Shown: positions 10,047 through 20,524, numbered from the stretch's first letter. The stretch: DNA of 64,000 bases from a bacterium (GCA_043803945.1 JAZDJN010000095.1:1-64000); one strand, 5' to 3'. Numbers and translations: made by a program. The notes: generated from the sequence alone by a model not told the origin.

Positions 10047-11108
10047 GTGGTCACCTCAAAGAGAACATACAGAATTTTTGTTTTCCTGATTCTTCTGATA
10101 GCAATCAGCAGTGCACAGGAAAAAGATTCCTACATTCTTGCACCGCCAAAAACTCCCCGCGATTCAGCGGTAGCAACATTCAATGGCAAGCGGATTGCCA
10201 TCTATTATGGACGCCCCTCGATGCAGGGAAGAAAAATATTTGGCGATCTCGTACCCTACTACCGGGAGTGGAGAACCGGCGCGGGCGAAGCAACAACGCT
10301 TGTCACGACAGGCGATCTCATTATTGGCGGTATGGTCATCCCGGAGAGCACGTACACCCTTTACACATTCCCTTCGACGACGCAGTGGAAACTGATTGTC
10401 AACAAACAAACGGGCCAATGGGGAACCCGGATCAATCCAAAGTACGATCTCGGGCGCATCGACCTGACAAAGAAAATCCTGATGAAACCGGTAGAAACGC
10501 TGACGATCAAAATCGAGAAGCAGAGAACATACACGGGCGTTCTGAAAATCGAATGGGAATACACCTCGCTCTCCATACCGTTTGAGGTGAGCACGGTTCA
10601 TCGCGCCGCAAGCCCGCGGGGCTCGACAACCCTTGCCATAGGGAGCGGCCTGCTTTCCGTACAATACAGCCGTCCCTATTTGCGCGGACGAAAAATATTC
10701 GGCCAGGTCGTTCCCTACGACAGTGTCTGGAGAATCGGTGCAGATACGGTGACAACGCTTCGCACGACAGCCGATTTTGAAATTGGAGCGCTCAAAATTC
10801 CAAAAGGTGCTTATTCGCTCTGGATGCTTCCAACCCGCTCTTCTGCCAGGCTGCTGATTAACAGCAAGACCGGGGTGATCGGGAAAGATAAATCGGATTA
10901 CTTCACACTGTATAAGAAGTATGAATTCGGGCAAGCAACCATACAGCGCCGTGCAACAAAGGCCACTGTCGATACGCTGACCATCTCGCTCAACAAACTG
11001 AGCGACAGCACTGCTGTTATGAAGATTGACTGGGAGCGCACATCGTTCAGTGTCCCGTTGAAGATTATCAACAATCCGCCGCCAAACCAGCAACAGCGAA
11101 GGAAGTAA
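10047..11108 (+). CDS. Secreted protein with two tandem DUF2911 domains
   Basis: Signal peptide; two copies of YxRPxxxGRKIFGxxVPYxxxWRxGA...YxL...WE. Confidence 0.85.
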   Translation: MVTSKRTYRIFVFLILLIAISSAQEKDSYILAPPKTPRDSAVATFNGKRIAIYYGRPSMQGRKIFGDLVPYYREWRTGAGEATTLVTTGDLIIGGMVIPESTYTLYTFPSTTQWKLIVNKQTGQWGTRINPKYDLGRIDLTKKILMKPVETLTIKIEKQRTYTGVLKIEWEYTSLSIPFEVSTVHRAASPRGSTTLAIGSGLLSVQYSRPYLRGRKIFGQVVPYDSVWRIGADTVTTLRTTADFEIGALKIPKGAYSLWMLPTRSSARLLINSKTGVIGKDKSDYFTLYKKYEFGQATIQRRATKATVDTLTISLNKLSDSTAVMKIDWERTSFSVPLKIINNPPPNQQQRRK

Positions 11109-11111
11109 ACG

Positions 11112-11336
11112 ATGCCGACAAAGATTACAGTGAAAACTAACGGAAGCATTCGGGTAGAGGGTGATTTTGAGTTGTTCGATGTGGCGGGCGGCAAGTTTGA
11201 TCTGAGCGGCCGTTCGGCTATCTCGCTCTGCCGCTGCGGCCAGAGCAAGGATATGCCCTTCTGCGACGGTGCACACAAACAGTGCGGATTCAAATCAGAG
11301 GTCGTTGCCCGGGTGGTGCCGCCGCCGATAGGGTAA
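11112..11336 (+). CDS. CDGSH iron-sulfur domain protein
   Basis: LCRCGQSKDMPFCDGAH. Confidence 0.92.
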   Translation: MPTKITVKTNGSIRVEGDFELFDVAGGKFDLSGRSAISLCRCGQSKDMPFCDGAHKQCGFKSEVVARVVPPPIG

Positions 11337-11344
11337 TAAAGCGC

Positions 11345-11450
11345 CGAACCGTTCACTCTCACCCGAGCTACACATCGAAGTGAACGGTTCGATTTCAATC
11401 TTTAGAACCTTCGGAAGGTCGATGTAGCAATCTGGCCAACCTTCCGAAGG
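11345..11450. repeat. REP-like palindrome pair
   Basis: CGAACCGTTCACT..AGTGAACGGTTCG (11345-11391) and AACCTTCGGAAGGT..AACCTTCCGAAGG (11406-11450). Confidence 0.75.
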
Positions 11451-11460
11451 GCGAAAAGAT

Positions 11461-13092
11461 TTACCTCATTAAGACCATTTTTCCATTGGAGATGAATGGT
11501 GTCTCGCCGCTCAAAGGTTGAGCAACAAAGCGGTAGAGATATATGCCGCTTGAAACATTCCTTCCCGCTGCATCTTTCGCATCCCATACTACGTTGTGAT
11601 ATCCGGCTGACTTCTGTGATTGCACAAGCGAGGTGATCTTGCGTCCAACCCTGTCATAGATATCAACTGTTACATAAGCCTCTGAAGGAAGCTGATACAT
11701 CAGCGTTGTCGTTGAGTTAAATGGATTGGGATAATTCTGGCGGAGCATAAAGTCTGTTGGATAATCACCTAACTCCTCCACATCTGTAAACCATGGATCA
11801 CCACTCAGAATGACGAAGTATCCATCCATCGAGTATCCACCATAATCCGCGGGTACAGTTGTGCCAAAATCATTCACTCCATCACCATTGACATCTCCAA
11901 GAGATGTTGTTCTATCAAAGGCACTACTTCCCACTAATCCTCTTGTTCTAATTCCTACGCGTTGTTGGGATAGCGTTTTACCCCCCAGGTAGACAAATAT
12001 TGCTGCCCCTGGCGCTCCGACCACATAACATGGAACTGCAAAATCATTTATGCCATCCTTATTGACATCACCAATATCCAGTGCATAATGGCTGAAACGA
12101 AATGCTGTTGTGTCCGGACTCTTTAGAATAAAGCTTGGCTTCCAATCGACCGTATCCTGTCTGCCAAAAAACAATAATAAACTGATCAATCTATTACCCA
12201 TACATGAAATATCCATTACCCCATCATTATTTGCATCTAATAGATTAAAATATGGTAAGTTTTCAATGCCTAATTCTCTTAATCCAAGTCTTTGATATGC
12301 ATTACTCTTTGAGAACATCCAATCCTTTCTCCCATAAAAGATTTCTAATGATCCCTTGAGTGTGTCTCCAGTAAGAGATCTTGAATCTGATCCTACACAT
12401 AAATCTTTTAATCCATCTCCGTTTATGTCACCTATTTTCACTTGGGTGCCAAACATTGATTTTATGTTTCCCCCTATGGCCATAATATCTGGTGTATAAC
12501 TAAATATTGGTTTTCCGAAATACACATATACCCTTCCTTCTGACCTACCATAATCAGGTGCACCAATAACTAAATCATCAAATCCATCATTATTGATATC
12601 CCCAACATCCATCGAAGTACCATACCTGTCAACCTGTGTTTCGGCTTTTAATATTACTCCGGGGACTGTATCAATCTTTATTGGGAAATCGACTGTTGGT
12701 GTTCTTCCGAAGTAGATAAAAATCGAGTCAGTATCAGTTCCTACGAATAGATATGGGTATTGATGAATAATAAGATCTTTTCTTCCATCTCCATTTAAAT
12801 CTCCCATCACCAAATTATCTCCACCACGTAATGTGAGGTCGGGAATGCCATCGAGTATTCCGGGGCCGCCGAAATAGATAAAGGTTTTACCAATACCCTG
12901 AGCACTCACTGCGAAATCCGACCGACCGTCACCATTAATATCTCCTAGTCCGAGAATTCCTGTGCCGAGCATCATGTTTGATCCTGGTTTACCTTCTACT
13001 TCTAGAATGGTTTTTAGGTACTGAGCATCAATGGGAAAAGAACAGAGAACGATCAGGGCGATGGATCTTAATAGAATTTTTCCTAATTGCAT
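11461..13092 (-). CDS. Secreted FG-GAP repeat protein with T9SS/FlgD-type C-terminal domain; paralog of 369..1985
   Basis: Signal peptide, GDINGDG repeats, LRQNYPNPFN. Shares LGTGxLGLGDIN, IYFGGPGILD and GYFVILSG..TDV with 369..1985. Confidence 0.9.
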   Translation of the reverse strand: MQLGKILLRSIALIVLCSFPIDAQYLKTILEVEGKPGSNMMLGTGILGLGDINGDGRSDFAVSAQGIGKTFIYFGGPGILDGIPDLTLRGGDNLVMGDLNGDGRKDLIIHQYPYLFVGTDTDSIFIYFGRTPTVDFPIKIDTVPGVILKAETQVDRYGTSMDVGDINNDGFDDLVIGAPDYGRSEGRVYVYFGKPIFSYTPDIMAIGGNIKSMFGTQVKIGDINGDGLKDLCVGSDSRSLTGDTLKGSLEIFYGRKDWMFSKSNAYQRLGLRELGIENLPYFNLLDANNDGVMDISCMGNRLISLLLFFGRQDTVDWKPSFILKSPDTTAFRFSHYALDIGDVNKDGINDFAVPCYVVGAPGAAIFVYLGGKTLSQQRVGIRTRGLVGSSAFDRTTSLGDVNGDGVNDFGTTVPADYGGYSMDGYFVILSGDPWFTDVEELGDYPTDFMLRQNYPNPFNSTTTLMYQLPSEAYVTVDIYDRVGRKITSLVQSQKSAGYHNVVWDAKDAAGRNVSSGIYLYRFVAQPLSGETPFISNGKMVLMR

Positions 13093-13211
13093 TATTATTA
13101 ATCCAAAACAGATTTGACAGATTTCTTGTCAAGTAAGAATATGATCGATGCTCAACATATCTTTTAAGCGTTAAAAGTCTGACATCTTACTGAGGTTACC
13201 CAGAGTAAATG

Positions 13212-14039
13212 TCAGACTTTTCTCTTGCTTTTTCCTCTCTGCCTTATCGCTTCGTACAAAAACACCGCGCTCGCACTGGCTACATTGAGTGAGTCAACTC
13301 CTTCGGCCATCTGAATCGCCGCCGCTGTATCGCACGCCTCCAGCACCGAAGAGGATATTCCCTCTCCCTCGCTTCCAAAGACGATACAGCAATCTTTTGT
13401 ATAATCAATTGTTTCTAGTGTCATCCCCGGGGTGTGAGGATGTGCAACAATTGAAGTAATATTATAACGAGTGCGAAGTTCTGTCAACATCTCCACAAGG
13501 TTGTCCACATGCACTACAGGAAGGCGGAAGATTGTCCCCATGGAATTCCTCACCGCCCGCCGGAGCCACGGGCTGCTCGACGTTTCACCGACAATGAGCG
13601 CATGCACGCCGAACGCCGCACAATTGCGAACGAGCACGCCCAGGTTTTCGGCGTTCATCAAACCGTCGACAGCAACAAGCAGCACGGGCGGCGTACAATT
13701 TGCCAGCACCTCTTCCAGGGTCCGCTCCTTAGGAATCTCCGCCACTGCCATGATGCCCTGATGCAGATTAATGCCGACAATCGTTTCAATTATTTTCTTC
13801 CCGGCAATGTAAACCTGAATGTCCTTATTCTTCCGTTCAAGCAATTCACGATGTGCAGCAAGCCGCTCAGGTGTAAACAATACAGAGCGGACGAGAAGAT
13901 TACTTTCCAGCAAGCGGCGCACAACCCTCTCTCCTTCTGCTACGAAGATACCCTGTAGACGGTGTTCAAGCGGCCGCCGCAGGGTTCGATAGGGTTCAAG
14001 CTCTGGAAGATCCAGCGTCGTTATGGGAATGATTTGCAT
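13212..14039 (-). CDS. TrmH/SpoU family RNA 2'-O-methyltransferase
   Basis: FVAEG, HQGIMA, NLGVLVR, FGSEGEGIS, DSLNVASA. ATG 14039 preferred over 14180. Confidence 0.92.
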   Translation of the reverse strand: MQIIPITTLDLPELEPYRTLRRPLEHRLQGIFVAEGERVVRRLLESNLLVRSVLFTPERLAAHRELLERKNKDIQVYIAGKKIIETIVGINLHQGIMAVAEIPKERTLEEVLANCTPPVLLVAVDGLMNAENLGVLVRNCAAFGVHALIVGETSSSPWLRRAVRNSMGTIFRLPVVHVDNLVEMLTELRTRYNITSIVAHPHTPGMTLETIDYTKDCCIVFGSEGEGISSSVLEACDTAAAIQMAEGVDSLNVASASAVFLYEAIRQRGKSKRKV

Positions 14040-14193
14040 AGGCCCTTGTTTGATCTCACCTTTGGTTTCATGGTACAAGATGGGTCTCTCGAAAGCAACG
14101 CACTTTTCTCCATCGTGATCTGTTATCTGAAGAATAGATTTTTCGGCAATCTCCCGGCGGGATATAAGCGGATTCGCCACATTTTTCCAGTAT

Positions 14194-14222
14194 TTGACAT
14201 TCGCTCAAAAAGAAGCTATCAT
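14194..14222 (+). promoter_or_regulatory. Sigma70-type promoter upstream of the STAS gene
   Basis: TTGACA-17 bp-TATCAT. Confidence 0.6.
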
Positions 14223-14298
14223 TATTCGGCGTTTTTCTTGCTGTGGCATAGATTTGACAACCAAGAGAATCTTTTAACTACCGTAAAGGAGTCGTTGT

Positions 14299-14640
14299 AT
14301 GACACTGAAAGAAAAGATGCACGGTGAGATCGCCGTTGTAACATTTAAGGGCAATATCGTTGGCGATCCCGATACCGCCAATATCCATGATAAGGTTCGC
14401 AGCCTGATGGATGGGGGTATATCAAAAATTGTGTTCGACCTCGGCAAAGTCCGGTGGGTCAACAGCGCGGGGCTCGGTGCACTCATTGCCTCCCTGACAA
14501 CTGTAAAAAATCGGGGCGGCGACCTGAGGATTGCATCGGTAACCGAGAAGGTTGAAAGCCTCTTCGCCATTACACAGCTTGTGAAGGTCTTCAAGACATA
14601 TGACTCCGTCGACAGGGCGGTCGCGAGCTTCAAGAAATAG
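14299..14640 (+). CDS. STAS-domain anti-sigma factor antagonist
   Basis: VFDLGKVRWVNSAGLGALI (phosphorylatable Ser), GGDLRI, ITQLVKVF; AAGGAG RBS. Confidence 0.92.
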   Translation: MTLKEKMHGEIAVVTFKGNIVGDPDTANIHDKVRSLMDGGISKIVFDLGKVRWVNSAGLGALIASLTTVKNRGGDLRIASVTEKVESLFAITQLVKVFKTYDSVDRAVASFKK

Positions 14641-14785
14641 CCCGTTTAACCACACGAAGAGAGTTTATCCTTGCGTCGCGGCAGATACCTTTGAGCGTTC
14701 TGTCGCGATTTCGTTTAGACAATAAATTACGCTCATAGCAAGAATCTCCCTCTTCAGATCACTGTCTACCCAACCACGCCTTGCA

Positions 14786-16081
14786 TTGCTCATGAAAAGC
14801 AGACTTCTTATTAAGTTCTTCATCGGAAGCTTGTTGGTTTTTATCGTCTCGGTCGGTTTAATGAGTTTTCATGGTTTATCTTCGCTCGAGCTTGAATTGT
14901 TTGCTCCCAATCTTTTTTCACTCCGAAAACCGTATTTTCATTACACGCTGGACCTCAACTCTTTAACAACCGTAATTCCGGTTTATACAGAGGATTCAAA
15001 CACTGAAACATACCTAAGGGTCTGCCGGCAAATTATTGCTGACTTAAAAAAGGCACAAGCGGCTGCCGTCATCATTCCGCTGGTCAATGTTTCACGAACG
15101 ATGAGTCAACGCCTGCTCACCGATATCGCTCAATCACATATTGCTCTTTTCTGCACTGACCTCCCCAACTCGGCTCGGGGACAGACGTATGAGAAACGTG
15201 GCAGCTGGTGGGTAAACCATCCAGCGTATGGCCAGGTTGATTTTCCGTGGGGTGTTTCTTCGGTAAAGCCGTTTTCCCGCGGCACGTTGTTGAAATTTGC
15301 ACCGTATCAGTACCGCGAGGGTTACACAGGCGATACCATTCCCGACATTGCTGTGCTTGCCGCCTCTCGGTATTTGAATTCCAGCGCCCCGCTCCGCATG
15401 ACCGTCACGCCATACGAAGCAGCATCAGAGAATCTCGGTGTCCCTCTTGAGAGCGATGGGTATTCATATATCCAGGCTCAATCGGCTGTCTGGCCCATGT
15501 GGTATCTCTATGCTGATGTCGCTGCAGAGGACGATTCCATTCGCTATGCTGTTACGAGCAAGGATTACTCGCTGCAAACCGTGTGGAAACTATACAACAA
15601 CAAAATTGTAATACTCAGTTGGAACTGGATGCACCAGGAAGGGGAGTACGCTTCGTTTGCCCACAGTATGTATTATTCAGCCATCATCAAGGCTGTTATC
15701 AACAATGAGTATATTTCGCGTTATGATGAATTGGCGCTGATTGTCATCTTCTTGGTGATCGTCATCTTTGCCATACTTTTCTACTCCATGCGTGTGGGGG
15801 TTGGACTTGTTGTCGCGGTACCTCTTTTCCCCGCCGCCATACTTGTTCCCCGGTGGCTCTACTTCCAGCACAATGTTCTCTTCGAACCTTTGTACATACT
15901 CGTAGCAATCTTCTTAAGCGTCATGATACTGCCGCTCTTGAAGATCATTGAGGAACGGCGGGTAGCGCTCGAAACAATTAAAAGCCTCGAGGAGGAAGTT
16001 CGCCGGCTTGAACAACTCACAAAGGCACAGCGCAGCGACGGCGGCACGGTTCTGACGGAATCATACAGAAGGAGTCTGTGA
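14786..16081 (+). CDS. Membrane protein with CHASE2-like extracytoplasmic domain and no output domain
   Basis: N-terminal TM; QIIADLKKAQAAAVII and NKIVILS resemble CHASE2 motifs; three C-terminal TMs, then a short coiled coil. Confidence 0.6.
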   Translation: MLMKSRLLIKFFIGSLLVFIVSVGLMSFHGLSSLELELFAPNLFSLRKPYFHYTLDLNSLTTVIPVYTEDSNTETYLRVCRQIIADLKKAQAAAVIIPLVNVSRTMSQRLLTDIAQSHIALFCTDLPNSARGQTYEKRGSWWVNHPAYGQVDFPWGVSSVKPFSRGTLLKFAPYQYREGYTGDTIPDIAVLAASRYLNSSAPLRMTVTPYEAASENLGVPLESDGYSYIQAQSAVWPMWYLYADVAAEDDSIRYAVTSKDYSLQTVWKLYNNKIVILSWNWMHQEGEYASFAHSMYYSAIIKAVINNEYISRYDELALIVIFLVIVIFAILFYSMRVGVGLVVAVPLFPAAILVPRWLYFQHNVLFEPLYILVAIFLSVMILPLLKIIEERRVALETIKSLEEEVRRLEQLTKAQRSDGGTVLTESYRRSL

Positions 16082-17067
16082 TGGTTGGTTTCCTCATTAT
16101 TAGTCTCGGCATCCTCCTTGTACTCTACCTCCTGGTGCGGTTGTTCCGTAATCTCTCGTTGGAGAAAAGGCTCACACCGACAGAATTACTTGTTGCTGGA
16201 TTATCTGCATGGGGTATGATTCTCTTCTGGTGCTGGTGGTTTGGTTTAATAATTTACAGTATTGTTGGCTTATTGATGGGGAGCGGCGAGGCATTGATTT
16301 TCGCTGCACTGATGCTCTTTGCCACAGGCTTTGTGTATCGATTCAGCCAGGCCCTTGACAGTTACAACCTTGTTGATTTCATCCGGGAGGCAATGTGGTT
16401 CAGGCCGTACGCCTCGCAGCCGTTCGTTATTCTTGATGAAGTTGAGAGGAAGAAGATACAACAAATCCACAAAGAGACTTCTAACACCGCGTTTCCCACA
16501 ATCCCTTCAGAAAAAGTTCTCAAAACCAAGGAAGAAGTGCTGAAAGTCCAGCAGGAATTTCTCGCGTTTCAACGAAGGCCGAAGAAACCGCTGCTCCTTG
16601 ATGATGAGATGAAAGAGCTGAAAGTCGGTCATCGTGTCGATATCTCGGAATCCTGGAAGCTGCACATCCTCAATCGGACCTCGCACGATCTCTATGAAGA
16701 GATTGACAATATGGAAATCGATCCGGTAACAAAGATCCTGGCGTTTCAGGTCCGTATACGCTCGGCGGTTCAGGATCAATTAACCAATCCCATACTTGTT
16801 TTTCATATCAAACAGGACCTGTACGATCTTCTTCAGGCAGTCCATACCGAACCCTGGATGCGCCCCTACCGCCCGTACTACAAGACCATTTCCCTCTTCT
16901 GTATTGGAGTAATGTATGATGAATATGGAAGGGAGAACTTGTACCCGTTCATGCGCATCGACATTGCCGTTCAGGAACTTCAACAACGGGAGGGAAAATT
17001 CTTCAGCACGACGGAATTTCACAAAATTGCGCGGATAACATTTCTCGACGGCAATCCGATTGCCTAA
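16078..17067 (+). CDS. Hypothetical membrane protein (3 N-terminal TMs and a soluble domain)
   Basis: 329-aa ORF overlapping the upstream stop codon; no family recognised. Confidence 0.7.
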   Translation: MMVGFLIISLGILLVLYLLVRLFRNLSLEKRLTPTELLVAGLSAWGMILFWCWWFGLIIYSIVGLLMGSGEALIFAALMLFATGFVYRFSQALDSYNLVDFIREAMWFRPYASQPFVILDEVERKKIQQIHKETSNTAFPTIPSEKVLKTKEEVLKVQQEFLAFQRRPKKPLLLDDEMKELKVGHRVDISESWKLHILNRTSHDLYEEIDNMEIDPVTKILAFQVRIRSAVQDQLTNPILVFHIKQDLYDLLQAVHTEPWMRPYRPYYKTISLFCIGVMYDEYGRENLYPFMRIDIAVQELQQREGKFFSTTEFHKIARITFLDGNPIA

Positions 17068-17115
17068 CGAGGGAGTCCCGCTCTTTACTCTTTCTTCAAT
17101 TAATCCCAGAAGTTA

Positions 17116-17648
17116 TTATGGAAATGTCTTGAGCAGGAGAAAGAAGGTCATGCTCATGCTGACATAGATTCCGGCGAGGGCTGAACTCACCGTGTACGAA
17201 ACAGCCATCACATAGAACATCATGGTTGAAGCAGGATGTTTCTGAAGCCCGCGTCGTGAGAGAATTGAGAACACTGCCCAGTTCGGCGCACTCAGTAAAA
17301 CGAGCAAATCTCCCACGACACCAAACCGAAACGTTAGAAGCGATTGAACATTTCCATGGCTGATGACAAGCAGAACACCGATAGCGGCAATCATAATACC
17401 GGCGATTCTCATCCAGCTCATTTTCTCATGCAATACCATGCGGCTGAGGATGGCGATAAACACCGGAATGGTGGTACTGATCCAGGCGGTGGTGGTTGCC
17501 TGCGATGTGATCAGGCCGTTCGACTGCAGCCATTGATGAAATGTTATGCCAAAGAATCCAACTTGGTCGCAATAAACGATGCACCCCAGACAATAACGGC
17601 AACAAGAGCTTTGATGAACGGGAGGAGGTCCGGATGCTTGGATGTCAT
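17116..17648 (-). pseudogene. EamA/DMT transporter pseudogene
   Basis: ATG 17648 gives MTSKHPDLLPFIKALVAVIVWGASFIATK. The frame then shifts near 17562 to GFFGITFHQWLQSNGL...LHEK...GDLLVLLS. TM2 appears missing and the second EamA repeat is truncated. Confidence 0.8.
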
Positions 17649-17688
17649 CGGCCCATGCCGGTTTTCTGTCTGTGGTAATTGGGCTTTA

Positions 17689-18741
17689 TCACCATCTCCC
17701 CGCAATAACTGTTGCACACTTGTGGCAGTGCCCGTTCTCGAGATAATTGTTCGCTACGCGAAAACCATACCGCTCAATGAGTGTTGTACCGCATGTTGGA
17801 CAGAACGTGTTTTCTGTCGCACCCACCTGACCCGGACGATTGCCTGCATAGACATAATGGAGTCCGGAAGCGAGTCCGATCTCGCGTGCGCGGAGCAAAT
17901 CACGCGGCGATGTGCTCTCCGTATCGTTCATACGATACTCACTGTGAAACGCGGTTACATGCCATGGAATGTCGGGGGAGATTGAGGCAAGAAATTTCGC
18001 AATGTCGGTGAGCTCTTCATTCGAATCATTGAAACCGGGAACAACGAGTGTCACAACCTCAACCCAAAATCCTTTACGATGCGTTGTAGTGATTGTATCG
18101 AGAACGTCCTGCAGTTTGCCGCCCAGGCGCGAGTACTCACGCTGGCGAAAACTTTTCAAATCAATTTTAAACAGATCGAGCCATGGGGCAAGATAATCGA
18201 TCACCTCCGGTGTTCCGTTTCCATTCGAAACATAGGAGGTAACGAGCCCTGCTTGTTTCGCCAGTTTGAAGATGGCAACAGCCCACTCGCTTGTGATCAG
18301 CGGCTCATTGTAGGTGCTTGTCACAACGGTTGCCTTGTGCTTTACGGCGGCACGAACGATCTCTTCTTCGTTGATTAGCTCTGGGTAGGCGACAGCATTG
18401 GGATCGCGGAGCGTCTGCGAGCTGATCCAGTTTTGACAATAGGGGCAGTGATAATCGCATCCGAGCATTCCAAAGCTCAACGCTTTGGCGCCCGGATAGG
18501 CGTGGAAGAAAGGTTTTTTCTCAATCGGATCGAGAGCAATTCCGGCGGTATACCCCCAGGGCACATAGAGCTCTCCGTTCCGATTGCTGCGGATATGGCA
18601 GATGCCGTCTTTCTCCGGGCCGATCTTGCAGCGGTGGCCGCACGCAACACAGCGAACCCAGTCGTCGGGCATTGATTTATACAATTCGCCTTTTCTGGTC
18701 TGCTGCGCGAGAATGTTTTTCAGGATCTGTTCGGCCGGCAT
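17689..18741 (-). CDS. amrS: AmmeMemoRadiSam system radical SAM enzyme
   Basis: CVACGHRC, DPIEKKPFFH, GCDYHCPYCQNW, TYNEP, PWHVTAFH. Confidence 0.92.
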   Translation of the reverse strand: MPAEQILKNILAQQTRKGELYKSMPDDWVRCVACGHRCKIGPEKDGICHIRSNRNGELYVPWGYTAGIALDPIEKKPFFHAYPGAKALSFGMLGCDYHCPYCQNWISSQTLRDPNAVAYPELINEEEIVRAAVKHKATVVTSTYNEPLITSEWAVAIFKLAKQAGLVTSYVSNGNGTPEVIDYLAPWLDLFKIDLKSFRQREYSRLGGKLQDVLDTITTTHRKGFWVEVVTLVVPGFNDSNEELTDIAKFLASISPDIPWHVTAFHSEYRMNDTESTSPRDLLRAREIGLASGLHYVYAGNRPGQVGATENTFCPTCGTTLIERYGFRVANNYLENGHCHKCATVIAGRW

Positions 18742-18836
18742 CGACTCCTCCAATTGAAAGTACTCTGAAGAGGAGAGGATGTCAAGCGCAGTTTTGAGGA
18801 TTCAGTGAAGGTCCTGCTGCCTGGATGAAAAAAATA

Positions 18837-19241
18837 TTACTGCTTCTTATTGCCTGTGATAGGTTTTAGGAATGTCTGGAAGGCGTTTTTCGCTGCACGG
18901 CTCTTCTTCAAACGCTCCGATGTCATGCCGGTATAGAATAAGGCGTCCCGATTCTTTTCGTCAAATTGAAGGGCTTTTGCGTACGCACGCTCCGCTTCAC
19001 GATAATTAGCCTTATTAAAATGGATCACCTTCCCAAAGATCTGCGCCGCTTCTGTATAGTTGTGGCGGTCAAGAGCATAAACACTGAGTTGGGAAAGTGC
19101 GGCGACAAAAGAAGAGTCCTGTGCAAGGAGGCTGTCCGGTTTTACTCTGCCGGCAGCGGCCTGTTCCTGAGCAGCAAGTTTCTCCGGTTGTACGATCCAG
19201 CACAGCGTAAGCAGCAGCCCGGCATGTAATAACGATTTCAT
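18837..19241 (-). CDS. Short secreted TPR protein, possibly a deletion remnant
   Basis: Signal peptide; TPR-like YxEAxxxY/FxK repeats, the first cut short. Confidence 0.55.
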   Translation of the reverse strand: MKSLLHAGLLLTLCWIVQPEKLAAQEQAAAGRVKPDSLLAQDSSFVAALSQLSVYALDRHNYTEAAQIFGKVIHFNKANYREAERAYAKALQFDEKNRDALFYTGMTSERLKKSRAAKNAFQTFLKPITGNKKQ

Positions 19242-19343
19242 GGTTTCTCCTTTAGATTGGCGGGACAAAAGCGTTCTTCCGCCCTCTTCTTTTCTTCATG
19301 ATGCACGGCAAGCGATAACGTTTCCAAAGGGTGTTGCTTGCTT

Positions 19344-19539
19344 CCATACTATGCTCATGACACCGAAAGGGTCCGATGATATGCCGGCGCATCTCAAGGC
19401 ATCGATCTTGGGAAGCAGTGTCTCTGTTCCGGTGACCGATGGAATGTTGAACCTCGGCACCTGGCAGGGAATTTATCTCTGTGAGCACGGGGATTACAGT
19501 GGTGCCCGGGAATTTGTGCTCACGCTGTATGGAGAGTAG
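19344..19539 (+). pseudogene. YjbQ (UPF0047) 3' fragment
   Basis: PYYAHDTE, one extra A near 19368, then GSDDMPAHLKASILG...LGTWQGIYLCEH. The N-terminal half is absent. Confidence 0.8.
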
Positions 19540-19561
19540 CCGGAGTAACCATCTTGTGCCA

Positions 19562-20131
19562 TTATTGCCGCCGCGGGTTTGATTTCAAAAAAAGTAACCC
19601 CGCCGCCACCATCGCCAGCCAGCCAAGCACTTTTACCTCGCCCCGGAACATTCGTTCTTCTGCCTCTTCAACCGTCATCTCAACCATGATCATCTCTTCA
19701 AGGTCGTCGATAATCGGATCCCCCGCTTGAGAAGCACCAGTGGCTACATAGAGATGGCCTGTGCCTCCTCCATGGTTACCGTTGACGGGATAGCTGCCGA
19801 GCGAGATCCACACTTTTGCTTCGCATCCCATTTCCTCGTGTAGCTCGCGCTTGGCCGCATCAAGAGGATCTTCTCCCTTTTCAAGATATCCGCCCACAGG
19901 TGCCAGCGAGGTGCCCTGCACGGCATACTTTACCTGTTCAAACAAGAGTACCGTTCCATGGTCTGTCACCGGCAGTACGAGCACGAAGTCGGGCGACACA
20001 ATCCATGGCCACCGTTCGATGATCTTGCCATCGGGCAATTGAATAGTGTGCTGCTCGACTCGAAGAAACTTATTGTGGTCAAGGAGTACTGTTTTCTCGA
20101 GAGTTTTCCATTGTTCCATTGAGATCCTCAT
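19562..20131 (-). CDS. NUDIX hydrolase (ADP-ribose pyrophosphatase-like)
   Basis: Nudix box GGYLEKGEDPLDAAKRELHEEMG. Confidence 0.92.
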   Translation of the reverse strand: MRISMEQWKTLEKTVLLDHNKFLRVEQHTIQLPDGKIIERWPWIVSPDFVLVLPVTDHGTVLLFEQVKYAVQGTSLAPVGGYLEKGEDPLDAAKRELHEEMGCEAKVWISLGSYPVNGNHGGGTGHLYVATGASQAGDPIIDDLEEMIMVEMTVEEAEERMFRGEVKVLGWLAMVAAGLLFLKSNPRRQ

Positions 20132-20524
20132 AATTTAGCATGAACCGCCCCCGATGAATCGGGACAGGCAAAACGCTAAGAATGTAAAAGTGCGTACGCG
20201 GATTCCAACTATTTAAGCGATCACAGTGTTCTTCATCGTTGAGCATGTCTGCCAATAAGCTTCCTGGAAGAAAAGTACGTCAACAGACAATGAAAGTCGA
20301 GATGAAAATAGAACACCGATAACACTGGAAAAGCACTGGTAGTCACAGGTGAAGCTTCTTGTACGATTCTGTAGACCATTCTTCCCAACTTAAAACCATA
20401 GTTTCTGTGACAATCTTGTTTTTTCTGTGTAATCAGTGTTCAGGTATTTTATCTGTGAGTAATTACGTTTTTTTTTATATATTGGCGCAATCAATTGTCG
20501 GTCATCTCACACACAAAGGATCCT

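Noticed and set aside
10164-11276. 370-aa minus-strand ORF
   Set aside because: Antisense shadow of the DUF2911 and CDGSH genes; no motifs.
19240-19343. 5' part of the 99-aa YjbQ ORF
   Set aside because: No resemblance to YjbQ; the homologous sequence starts near 19344 in another frame.
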